DNA from: Rotaria sordida
Lineage: Eukaryota
Direction: 5' to 3'
Length of the DNA: 64,000 nucleotides
Assembly (NCBI GenBank): GCA_905250005.1
Contig: CAJNOH010000403.1
Span: forward strand, 34,708-98,707
The translations under genes and the position numbers were made by a program. Below the pieces are notes generated by a model. That model saw only the letters and a list, made by a program, of their open reading frames with translations. It was not told the origin of the DNA and ran no database searches. How positions within the stretch are numbered: position 1 is the stretch's first letter; each line of letters begins with the position of its first letter. Positions 52,897-64,000 of this stretch are shown one piece after another.

Positions 52897-55800
52897 ATGG
52901 ATACAGTGGATACTCCAAACGAAATTATTCGTGAAGAACAATCAATTGAGTTAAAAGCCGAGGATTCAACACAGAATGAATCAACAAACGGTACTTCAAA
53001 TTTAGATAAAACTGGTGAGATTTTATTTATTTATTAAAAATATGTTTTATTCTATTATTTCGATACATTTGAAGTTAGAAATGTCATAATAATAGAATTA
53101 ACATTAGCATTTATTAATGTCAAAATTAATAGTTTGATATTATTTGCATTAGGATTAATTAATGTCAAGTTGTTAGCATTAAATTAGCATTATTTTTTTA
53201 TTCTAATACATAAATTATCGACGACTAATTAGATCTCGGACATTCTAAGCTCAGAAGTTTCCAAAACTGAACAATTTTGTTCTATTATCGGAAACTCTCG
53301 ACCATGTACTACTTTTATAGGTATAGTTGAAGCCACATATGTATTAGAATTAAAAATAATGCTAAGTTAATCTTAACAGCCTGACATTAATTAATTCTAA
53401 TGTAAATAATAGCAAAGCATTAAGGTCAATTTTAATTAGGTTCGAACTGATCTAAGTCTGTTATCTCAATATTTCTGAAATGTCGACTCCTTTGTTATAT
53501 GGAAGGTGATTGTGATATTTCAGAAATTTTCAGATAACAAAGTTAGATTAATTCGAACTTAAAAACAAATATCATCATTCGACTCAATACGGTTAATAAT
53601 CCCTTTCTAGCTGCTTTTCCGAATCATTAAGATCAATTGACTCAAATCGAGGGTCTCAGGAAAAAGCTTATAACTCTCAAACGAAATAACCTAGGAATGT
53701 CAACCTTGCGTAGATCGAAAGAAAAGAAATTTTTCTATCTATTAGTTCTATTAAAAGTCTAAATCGAAAGCGCAATAGTTTCGGAATATCGTTTTCAATC
53801 AATCTCTACCAAGAACTCTTCTGATTAGTCCACTGCTGACCAATCAAATTTCGATAGACTTCGATGATCCCAGGTCTTCTCTTGTGAATGATGAAAACTT
53901 CAGGTCTCTATAATGTTTCTATCAAAAGTTATTGAAAAAAAAACATGAACAGATCTCATCTCTGATTGAATGCTGAAATCCAATAGTGACACATAACACC
54001 TGCTTTCTATCAATATCATTGAATAATTTAATAAATCTATTTTTTAATTATTTTTTCTTTAGAAACTATTCCATCCGATGTTCCAGCAAATTCTGAACAA
54101 ATAGAAATAGCTCGTCTTTCATCTGTAATCACTACGCAAACAAATGAAAAAGCTGATCTGAATGCACGTCTTATTGCATGCCAACAACATTATGAAACAC
54201 TGCTAAGTCGTCAAAAAGAAGAATATTCACGTGAAAAACAATCAACTGTTATGCGTTATGCTCAAGCTGAAAAAGCCAAATTAGATTCGGATAAACGTTG
54301 TGAAATTTTAGCAACAAAAAATCATGATTTATCAAAAGAAAAAGATAATTTACAAACAAAATTATCAGAATTTAAATTAATGAATACTAAATTACAACAA
54401 GCTTATGAAAATAAATTAACTGAATTAACAACAACAAAAAAAGAATTAGAAAAAATTAGAGAAGTAAATCAATCAATTGATGCTACTTTGAAATCAACAT
54501 TAAATCATTTAAAAGGAGAATCATTACAATTAAAAGAACAACGAGAATTAAATGAAAGATTAAAAAAAGATTTGAATGAACAACATGAACTTAATGAACA
54601 ATTAAATTTACAATGTAAACAACTCACAGAAGGTAACTAAAAGAATATATTATTAGGAAATCTAGAATTTGAGTGACATTCCTTGAGTCGTTGAATAAGA
54701 AATACAAAGTTTCATGAGATTAGGAAGAGAAAGAGTGAAATTTCTGGTTGGTTGATTATAAGACTACTCTACCTTGTTTCTGATCGAAATATTAATATCA
54801 AGTAGGTTATATGACCGACAAGATCTAAGTATCCTTTTCAATTAAAGACGAGATTCGAGCAACATTGCACTACAATTTATCAGTGGATCCCTTCTATACA
54901 ACTAATTTGTGACATTTCTGGTTGGATTGGAAATTTGACCAACAATCATTGTCCATTTAAATTTGTTTAAGTATCGTTTTTTAGCTATTTCAAAAAATCT
55001 TTTACATATATTGGATGGAAGTTGCAATAAAACTTTTCTCAAAATATCGTGAAAATATTTTTGAAAAATTATTTCCTAAAGTACGAGTCTCATCATTTAT
55101 TTCCTTCTTGTTATATTAAAAATGCGAATTCGATTCATTTTATTCTAATGAAAGACTATTCTCAAACAATGAATCCTCAAATAAGATCTTGTTGATTCCC
55201 TGATCAGCTGTTTTTTCTTTCTGTTGAAAATCAAACCCTTAAGAATATTCACGATGTACTCTGTTATTCTATGTCCATGTTTATGACAAGTTCTACTCAC
55301 TAGAAAAACCATCTTCTATGATCCAGAGCTTTTGTGCTGATATTTTTCTCATAGGTAGGACTCAGTAAGACTAGATGAAGCCTAATAAGATAACGGTCCA
55401 TGGAACTTTTTTCCCGAGTTATGAGCATTTTACTAGGTTTACGACTTATTACAAGAGATTTACTGAAAACTCAAAGTATAGAGTGTCGATCTGAAATTTT
55501 TCTCATACATAAATCTCATGACTTTTATAGCGGCCTAAATATCACAACCAAAACGAGTGCTTCTTTCTTGAAACAATGTGTTTTCATGAAAAGTCGATTT
55601 TCATGACATATGGTATGATGAGAGTGTTCCTTGAAGATCCGATGCCTCGAGAAAGAAGCACTCATTTTGATTGTGATACTTCAGTCGTTATAAAGATTAT
55701 GGAATCTATATGAAGGAAAATTTGAGATCGAAACTCTATACTTTAAGTCTTCAGTAATCTCTTGTAATAAGTAATAAACTCAATAAAAGACTCATAACTC

Positions 55801-58800
55801 GAAAAGAAAGATCTATGGGCGATTATCTTAGTAGACCTTTTCTAGTCTTAGTAGGTCCTATTTATGAGAAAAATATCAGTGCAGAAACTCAGAATCACTT
55901 GGAACGGTTCCCTCGTCAGTCATTTTTTTATTCATGTGATCCCCCGCTAGTAATATATACCTGCCATATAAGCTGCACTCACTGAACACTTCGATAATCG
56001 ATCATTTCTAGTTAAATGGAAGTAAACTTTTTACATGATGAAATCTATTGATCAATCATTCATTTCAGAAAGTTTTCCTTTCAACATAATTTCGTTCAGC
56101 TGACAAGAAAAACGGTTTCTGCGTACATGCAGCTTTTCCCAATCGTACAGAATCTACCTATGTGTGCCAATATGAGCTGGTGAAATCTTTTTTGTTTAGG
56201 AATTCCAATTAAGAAAAGTTTTCCTTGTAGCCAATAAAAGTAAAAGCTCTGTATACGACCTCTGTGATTTACGTATAGATAGAAAGTATCGAAACAACTT
56301 CTTGTTTTTTTAATAAATATATAATCTGTTAGTTTTTGGAGTGGAAACTGTTTATAATACTTGATGATTAATAAATATTACCTTTTTATATGAAGTAAAT
56401 CGATTTCTCTTTCACTTTCTTCGAATATACGAATGAAAAAAGAGAATCCGCCTTTTCCTTTATTTTGATAGTAGGATAAATTTTTCGCTCTAGCAGCAGA
56501 TTCTGCATCTCTGCGAGTCGCATAGATATATTCGTTCTGATTTTGAGAGTAAAGTAAATACAAGTAAAACAAAAAACGCACTCTGAGGTGAGCATAACCT
56601 AAATAAACTCAGAATTTAAGTGTTTGCCACATGTCAAGACGGAAGCTTTCAGGATAAGATTTTGAAGTAGCGAGTTAGCTGACCTCGTTACTTCTCACAT
56701 CCTCATACTCCGCTTCAAACCTATCTTCCATCTAACCCTTCACCCCCTCACCTTCGCTGTCATATATATTGTGATACATGTACACTCATAACTATATGTA
56801 TTGAGTCTAAAAACCTAGAATTTGAGATTTTTCTATTATGTGTTGTATGATTATGTTAGTACAAGTATGATTGATGAAAACATGCACTAGTAAATGACAG
56901 TACAAATTATATTTGTATTTACGCATCTTAGGCCAATGAAAATTGTTCGATGCGAAAAATAGTCAAAAAATTTAGAATAAGAGAACAAAAGCTTTCAGCT
57001 GCACCAGAAATAAAAGAATGTCAGTTCATGAATTATCTGTAGACCTTCTAATTGTGTAGTAGCACCAAAAGTACAGTGGACGCCGATCATTTTCCAGGAT
57101 ATTTTTAAACGACAGAAAAAGTCCTGGACTCGGGTTTGAAAATCTTGAATCTGATGAGCTCTAGTCATCCAAGAAATGTATAGGATGTGCTAATCATCGA
57201 ATACAAAACGCCGGAAAAAAAAGTTTCGTATCTTCGGGACAACTATTCAATTCCTCTCAGAAAATTTCATTGAGAGTATCAAAGCACGATTTGACCGAGT
57301 TCGAAAATTTTGGACTCGACAGGCTCTAATTATCAGCGATCAATTTTCGCTTCCCCCATATCTTAGACTTCGTCTGTTGTTAATAGAGATAATAAGTTCA
57401 TTATTATATATATATAAAGAATTGGTTTGTTTTAGCTGCTCAAGCAATACCAACTGATGATGAACGTGCACAAGCATTTGATACATTAACTCATGAACAT
57501 AATGCTCTTAGAATAAAATTAACAAATATTCAAGATGAAAATAAATTATTTCGTGAAAAACTTAAATCATCTGATGAAGATCGTTTAGCATTAGAAAATG
57601 TTATTGAAAATTTTCGTCAAAATACTTTACGTGAAAAAGAATCAACAAAAAAATTATATGATGATTTATTAGCTGCACGTGGACAAGATTCTGTTGAAAT
57701 ATCACGATTAAGACAAATTGAACAACTTTATAATCAAACATTAGCTGATAATGCAGATTTAAGACAATTACTTGAAAAAGAACATCAATTACTTGAATTA
57801 ACACAAAAATTAACAGAAAAAAATTCTATTTTACAAAGTGATTATGAACAACTTCAAATATTATGTAAACAAACATCTGTAGATTTTGAAAATTTAAAAA
57901 AAATTAATGAAGAACAAAAAAATCAAATATTAAAATTAGAAAATATTGAAAAATCCTTAAGAGATCAATTAAAAGAATTAGATGAAAAATATCAAACATT
58001 AAATAAATCATATGAACACAGTGTTAAACAATATGATGATAGTCTTATTGAAATTCAAACATTGAAAAAGAAACATCAAGCTAATACAAAAGATTTAATT
58101 AAACAATTACAACAATTACAAAAGCCAAAACTTACAAACCATAATCATGAACAATTACCTATTCCACTTACTAGGTAAACAATTCTTTTTTTTCAAATTG
58201 TAATTAAAGACAACCAAATCTATTCAATTTTTCTATAAAAATTTATTTCTTAAATATTTTAATTGATCAACACATCATCTATACATTTTGAAAGATCAAA
58301 GTTATTTTATTTCAATGTAAAATATCGTTCATTATATTTTATTTGAATCTTTATACATTCCTATATACTTGAACAATCCAGAGATATTGATCGATGCTGA
58401 AAATCTATTGCTGTCGTGATGAGATTCAAAACAAAATTTTTCAAATCTCATTGATGTGACTATACTGAACATTAAATTCTTGCTGCTAATCGATGAGATT
58501 CCTCGAATGTCAGAGTGTTACATTTCTGGATATTAAAATTCCGTACGAATAGCCGCCCCGATCAACATCTCTGAAAGCGTTGTATGTGTTGACTGAATTC
58601 AATAGAAGTTTTTAAAGCTATACTATTCACTAAATGAATTGTATTTCAGAAAGAGTTAAGGTAAAATCTATCACTAATAATCTGATATAAAATTCAATCG
58701 TTCGAATGAATCATATTATTTTTTCGAAAGGTTATAAAAGTATTTAATCACAGATTACCTATTGAAAAACACGGTAAATACAATAGGGCGAATCGTTTAT

Positions 58801-60758
58801 TATTCGACATAGTTTATTGTTACTTGTTGAGTCGGATTAAATGCAATCGATAATAAATACTAAAAACAATTTTTATGATCTCTTTTTATTATACCTTTAT
58901 GACGAGTAGACTTTTCTGCAATGATACATAGAATTATACGTGTTTGATATCTTTAATTCCTATCCTAATCTGATCAATTCTAACAAGCTTAAAACGAAGG
59001 CTTTGTTATTCTTTTGAATAAATTCAGAGCACATATGGCTAGAGATCTATGATTTTTATTATCCAAAAGAGCGAAGTCGAAAACATGAATCTATGTAGAA
59101 ACCAATCTTTTAAGCACAATTCGTATTTATCACTTTACAATAAATTTATCTACATCCACTAGAATAAGCTTTAAAATATTCAAAACCTCTATTTGCTTTT
59201 TTTTATCACAGGGAATCATACTCTATTAAACAGATTAGTTTTTTCTGTTTCATAACTTAAATTGTTCATTGTTATGAATTAGTGAAAAATTATCTAACTA
59301 AATTCATTCGATAAAGCGTTCCACCCTTTGCATACTTCGACCAGAGAAATAATTTTCAGTAAAACAATCACCAATTCTTCTACTTGACATATGAGTTAAT
59401 TATAGGTTCACTATTTTCCATATCGAAATAATTCCTATTAGTAATCTCGATAAAAAAAAAGTATATTTATCATTTCATTCTTTTTGAAAAACTGTATGAA
59501 TCTCATTAAAAAATCGACTAGAAAGTTTTTGTTGGATCCGGTGTACGCTGTTGTGTAACAGAAGTTTATTACCAAAGTTAGAAAAGATACTTTCACATAC
59601 ATTAATATCAAATGTTAGATAGAATATACCAAGAGGCAACATAATACAGTTAGAAACTACATGAATTATTATATATAAGTAGGTATGCGCCATGAAAAGC
59701 TTCCAAAAGGTATGTATCCGTAGGCGTTCCTTGCCCATGGGCACAAACTTTTCAGAGACTTTTTATAACTCACCAAGGCCTACTTATGGGCAAAATATCA
59801 GTTCAAAAGGACGTGAACATGTCGGAATATTTCCTTGTTAATTCTGACTAGTTGACTAGGTCGCTAGGTAATTGAGACTGATGCATGCCTATATAATAGA
59901 AGGAAAAACCGAAAAAAAAACAATTGGGATAATGCTTGACACAAAGAAAACGAGAGAACGAACACGGATAATTAATATCTTTAGTAGAATTTCTCTCCCA
60001 CAAGATATGTTAAATATATGCTTAAATAATTTTTAATCATCTCTTTTGAATCATTGTTTATATTTTGATAATTTAGTCAAGCAAAATCCATTATAAACAA
60101 AGAGAATTCCAATGATAATATATCGAGTCGTGGCTCTCCAACAGAGTCATATAGTTCATTGAATGATATTACTCCTATTTCTATGTCAACACCTGAGCAT
60201 GTTTCATCTCATCCATTAACTCATCATCAACAACAGCAACAACAACAACAGCAAGTTTTACCTGATGAAGAACAAGAAATAGTTGTTAATATTGTTGATA
60301 TCGATCGTCAAAAATTAATTGATAAATTATTAAAACAACAAAAATTACTTGTACGACGTAATGAAAAAATCGAATTTTTAAATGATCATATACAATTATT
60401 AACACAAGATTTACAAAATAAACGTAAAATAATTCAAACATACGCAATGAATGAAGATAGTTTTATGTATACATCAAATGAATCAGATTTAATTAAACAA
60501 CAATTAGCAAATAAAGCTCGAAATTCATCATCATCATTAATGGCAACATTATATAATCGTGCAGCAACAACTGTTAATCAAACAACAAATAAATTTTTTG
60601 ACCAATCATCACCCATGACACTTGAAACAGCATTAGATATTATGGGAAAATTACAAGCAGTTTTAGAGGATACACTTTTAAAAAACATAACATTAAAAGA
60701 AAATGTTGATACATTAAGTAAAGAAATTGAAAGATTGTCAAAACGAACAATAAAATAG
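52897..60758 (+). CDS. Long coiled-coil protein, 4 exons
   Basis: Exons approx 52897-53014 (MDTVDTPNEIIREEQSIELKAEDSTQNESTNGTSNLDKTG; donor gtgag), 54063-54642 (...RLIACQQHYETLLSRQKEEYSREKQSTVMRYAQAEKAKLDSDKRCEILATK...), 57436-58174 (LAAQAIPTDDERAQAFDTLTHEHNALRIKLTNIQDENKLFREKL...) and 60077-60758 (...polyQ...TLKENVDTLSKEIERLSKRTIK, stop). Heptad-like K/E/L/Q periodicity runs throughout. Specific family not recognised; a TACC or golgin type is possible. Confidence 0.6.
53085..53570. repeat. F9: nested inverted-repeat cluster in intron 1 of the coiled-coil gene
   Basis: The reverse complement of 53140-53200 (tatttgcattaggattaattaatgtcaagttgttagcattaaattagcattatttt) matches 53340-53400 (taaaaataatgctaagttaatcttaacagcctgacattaattaattctaatgtaaata). 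Separately, 53415-53460 (ttaggttcgaactgatctaagtctgttatctcaatatttctgaaat) pairs with 53500-53560 (atttcagaaattttcagataacaaagttagattaattcgaacttaa). Confidence 0.7.
55300..55905. repeat. Foldback F5: about 600 bp inverted repeat, centre about 55600, in intron 2 of the coiled-coil gene
   Basis: 55335 tgtgctgatatttttctcataggtaggactcagtaagactagatgaagcc...gagttatgagcattttactaggtttacgacttattacaagag is the reverse complement of 55760-55900 (...tcttgtaataagtaataaactcaataaaagactcataactcg...agtaggtcctatttatgagaaaaatatcagtgcag). ORF 55400..55606 lies inside it. Confidence 0.85.
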
Positions 60759-60961
60759 ATCTGTTTTTTTTTTTTGTTTTTATTCTTTGTGGATGCTGTC
60801 AGATTTATTTATTTATTTTTTTTGTTTTCGTCGTGCAACAGTGGAATTATTAATTGTATTAATATAAATATATGACAAAATATATTTATTCCTCATTGCT
60901 TCTTAATAGAAAATATCAAATAATTTATTTCATTTTGTTTTCTTTTTCTCAGATTAAAACA

Positions 60962-61183
60962 ATGCCAATTGTGAAATCAACTTCAACAGTAAGTGAATCA
61001 ACAACAAATGAAGCACGTGAAGCACTTGATTGTCTTCATGAATTATCACAATTACTCAATACTGGCTTAGATAAAAAAACATTAACTGCATGTGTTAGAT
61101 TACTTGAAGCTGGTGTTCATCCTGATGCGCTTGCACAAATTATTCAAGTTCTTAGGACAGAAACACGACCAACAAAGCTTTAA
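60962..61183 (+). CDS. MZT1: Mitotic-spindle organizing protein 1 (MOZART1, gamma-tubulin ring complex component), single exon, 73 aa
   Basis: MPIVKSTSTVSESTTNEAREALDCLHELSQLLNTGLDKKTLTACVRLLEAGVHPDALAQIIQVLRTETRPTKL is collinear with human MZT1 ...[48 protein letters not shown]. The upstream in-frame extension in ORF 60872..61183 (MTKYIYSSLLLNRKYQ...) is probably not coding. Confidence 0.85.
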   Translation: MPIVKSTSTVSESTTNEAREALDCLHELSQLLNTGLDKKTLTACVRLLEAGVHPDALAQIIQVLRTETRPTKL

Positions 61184-62543
61184 TTTCATTTATTACATAA
61201 ATTAACTTTTTCTTTTTTTTTATAAAGTTCTTTATTATATCTGATAAATATGAACAAACATTTTCTCTATCTTGTTTTATATTTGATTGTTTTTATTTTA
61301 TCTTGCATGATATTTCGAATGTCAGAAAATCCTATCTTAAATGTTGCTTTTGAGAATTAATATCATTTACAGTAGAATTTTATATAAGTATAAATTTAAG
61401 TAGCAGGTAATATTACATTTTTTTTTATCATTATTATTCTTAATTAGGAAAATGATTTATAATGAACAAAATAACAAATTTTATGATATAATCATTATGA
61501 CTGAAATTTAATTATAGAATCAATCTATTATCAGTCAAAGGTATATTGCTTATTATTCTTCGAAGTAAAAATTCTAGTAAATAGAAACATTTTGGAAAAG
61601 GCAAGAGTCTATAGTAATATTATATTATTTTCTCAATTGTAACTACATATCTATGTCAGTGGCGGAGCTCAGTCTCCCTCAGTGAGATTTTTGAAGAAAA
61701 AAAATATATTGTTCAAAAATCTCACTAGGGAGCTCACAAAAATTCTTAACAGGGAGCTAAGTGTCCCTGGCTTCGCCACCAATCTATTTATGTTATCTTG
61801 AAATATTCCCCGACGGATGAATGCGATCATTCGACAAAATCTAATGAGAATCTGTAGGACGGAATCATTAATGTATCCGATGAAATCCGACACTCGGATT
61901 GCTCTGTCGTTAAGAATTTCAAGTTCACCTTCACCTAGCCGGATGAACTATGTGTGTGACAGAACATATCTATGAATATATAGAAGTGTCAGTTCATTCA
62001 TGTAGTCAATTGCGCAAGTGAACTACTCAGCAATCAGTTACATGGAGATCACTCAAAAACGTGAGCTCAGCTAGTAAACTTGAAATTTAGAGTTCAGTTT
62101 TGGATACCCATTTACCAAATTAGTGCTCATTTAATTCGTACACATTTAATTACTATTCACTTAATTAGTACTAGATTCTAACACTAAGGATTCGGATGTG
62201 ATTTTTGCATCTGGTTTTCGACTATATTTCTAGTGGATTTTATACAATGCTAATAGGATATGATAAGATCCGAATGTTGAATTGATTCTCTTAGGTTATT
62301 GAAATAATATAATTTCGATATTTTTTTACATTCTGCATGCGAATAAAGTCTCTGAATATATATATATATCACTACATTTACATAATCAAATTTTCTTTAC
62401 ACAATAGTTTTTCTTTGACTTTCCTGTCGTTCATGATATTTATAAATCAATACAAATTTTCTTTCTAGATTTTTGTTTGAATAATCTCAAAAGTCCAAAG
62501 AACAAAAGTCATTCTTCATTTTTTTTTTTTCGTTTGATTAATT

Positions 62544-64000
62544 ATGAATACATTATCATATCATCATTCAACATCAAGAGAAGTATTATTAAAACGTTTT
62601 CGTTTATGGAAACGTCAATATCTTCATGTAGTTATATACACATCATTATTTTGGATATTTGTTGATGTATTTTTTATAATGTTATTTTCTGATTGTACAA
62701 AAGAAGTTATTATTCCTTGTTCATCATCTTTATCAACTGATAAATATTCTACAATAAATGATCGTAATTTTCAATTACATCCGAAAATAATTATTGATAA
62801 AATAAACGAAAGAAATAAAATTATATTTGATAATAAAACTATGATTGAAACAACAAAGAAAAGTGTTGTTCCTAAATGGCAGAACATTGAGCCAGGTATA
62901 AATTTCATTTTGATTAGAAAAATAAAAACGAAAAAAGACATATGTTTTTTTTTCTATAATAGGAGCAACGAATCCAACGAATTGGCATGGTGAAGCTGGT
63001 CGTGCTGTTGTTATTCCAGATGAATTAAAAGAAGAATCAAAAAAACGTTTTGGAGAAAATCAATTTAATATTATTGCTTCAGATCTTATAGCTCTTAATC
63101 GATCAGTTAAAGATCAACGATCAGCAAGGTTTTTATATTTTATTTCAATTCATCTTTAATTACTTTCTTTTTTTATTTTAGATGTCGATCACATAAATTT
63201 CCATCTGATTTACCATCAACATCAATTATTATTGTATTTCATAATGAAGGTAATTCAACATTACTTCGAACATTAACAAGTATTATTTTACGAAGTCCAA
63301 TACAATATATACATGAAATAATCATGGTTGATGATGCTAGTATTGCTCGAGGTAAGATTGATTTCCATATTTCGTTGTTTTTTTTTCTCTCATATTTGTT
63401 CTTTTTTATTTATTTATAGACTATCTTAAAGATCCATTAGAAGCATTTACTAAAGAATTGCCTGTTTCAGTTCATATATTACGAAATACTGACCGATTAG
63501 GATTAATGAAATCTCGATTACGAGGTAAATAGAATAGAAATAAAAATAATGATAGAAAAAGTATTCTTGTCTAATTTAAAGGTGCCGAAATAGCAACTGG
63601 TGATACATTAACTTTTCTTGATGCTCATATTGAATGTTCATCTGGATGGCTTCAATATTTATTATATGAAGTTAAAAAAGATCGGTATGTATTAAGTTTG
63701 ATTTATTAAACGGATATTCAATAGACATAATTCTCAATTAGTTTTCATATCTATGAATTTGCTCAATTTTTAAAAGAAAAACATAATATCAACTTAAAGA
63801 AAATCATTTTCTGGTGATTAAATATGATCCAACTATCATGACGAGACTCCCATTCTTTGCTGCTGTCCACATAACTGGTTGTACAGGTCCGCAAAGTATT
63901 CTTTCCATCGATTTAGAATGTCTTCTTCTCGTGTTAGGAGTCGACTAGTGGTATCTTTTACTGAACGAGTTGGTTTTTTGTCGACGAATGATTTGCCAGA
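62544..64000 (+). CDS. Polypeptide N-acetylgalactosaminyltransferase (GT27 ppGalNAc-T), 5' part with at least 5 exons; continues past the window end
   Basis: Exons approx 62544-62895 (type II signal-anchor [23 protein letters not shown]), 62963-63128 ([26 protein letters not shown], the classic GALNT motif), 63182-63350 ([44 protein letters not shown]), 63420-63524 and 63582-63684 ([16 protein letters not shown]). All junctions are canonical. Confidence 0.85.
63840..64000 (-). mobile_element. Fragment of a non-LTR retrotransposon (LINE/RTE/CR1-like ORF2 region) in a GALNT intron, antisense to the host gene
   Basis: The minus-strand translation [41 protein letters not shown]... matches the conserved LT.EEDI..RWKEYF..LLN segment found between the endonuclease and RT domains of LINE ORF2. 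Local GC content is clearly higher than the flanks. A stop follows immediately, so it is a degenerate or truncated copy. Confidence 0.5.

Noticed and set aside
55400-55606. 68-aa ORF
   Set aside because: It lies inside foldback F5.
57060-57330. Apparent repeat of ggactcg...ttgaaaat motifs, considered as another foldback
   Set aside because: Only about 10-15 nt of imperfect similarity could be aligned by eye. That is not convincing.
60872-60961. N-terminal extension of the MZT1 ORF (MTKYIYSSLLLNRKYQIIYFILFSFSQIKT)
   Set aside because: AT-rich, hydrophobic and absent from MZT1 orthologues. A strong acceptor-like ttttctttttctcag sits inside it, just before the conserved MPIVKS start.
1-64000. 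A prokaryote-style novel system (defence island, CRISPR, operon of enzymes), as the prompt suggests might be present
   Set aside because: The sequence is plainly eukaryotic: spliced genes with GT/AG introns, metazoan-specific proteins (MZT1, PARP4, FABP, GALNT, sorting nexin), microsatellites and LINE debris. I saw no Shine-Dalgarno-led ORF arrays, no direct-repeat/spacer arrays and no tRNA or rRNA.

Overview
This window is eukaryotic, not prokaryotic. It is about 70% AT and holds spliced multi-exon genes with GT..AG introns, many of them only 23-70 nt alongside a few kb-scale ones. There are polyQ, polyE and polyK coding microsatellites and no rRNA, tRNA or CRISPR-like content. The gene content and the Sm14-like FABP suggest a platyhelminth or similar AT-rich metazoan, but I cannot name the species. 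About 13 protein-coding genes are supportable. On the minus strand: an unknown low-complexity protein, an FABP, an unknown small gene, an HSP70 substrate-binding-domain-only fragment, a large PARP4/vault-PARP-like gene (BRCT, PARP catalytic, VIT, VWA, then a polyQ and FG-like tail), a NUB1-like triple-UBA protein, a Cys/His/Gln-rich nuclear protein, a small Ser/His-rich protein, and a PXA-RGS-PX-PXC sorting nexin. On the plus strand: TBC1D20, a long coiled-coil protein, MZT1 (MOZART1) and the 5' part of a polypeptide GalNAc-transferase. A LINE-like reverse-transcriptase fragment sits in the last GALNT intron. The most unusual feature is a set of at least nine unrelated long foldback (hairpin) inverted repeats of 0.13-1.25 kb. 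They lie in large introns and intergenic DNA, and one directly abuts the truncated HSP70 fragment. I found no candidate for a prokaryote-style novel system. The foldback population, a possible spliced-leader-resolved gene pair (coiled-coil gene then MZT1), and the PARP4 C-terminal low-complexity extension are the items worth following up. All coordinates are hand-derived and approximate to a few nt. Product calls rest on recognised motifs, not on database searches.
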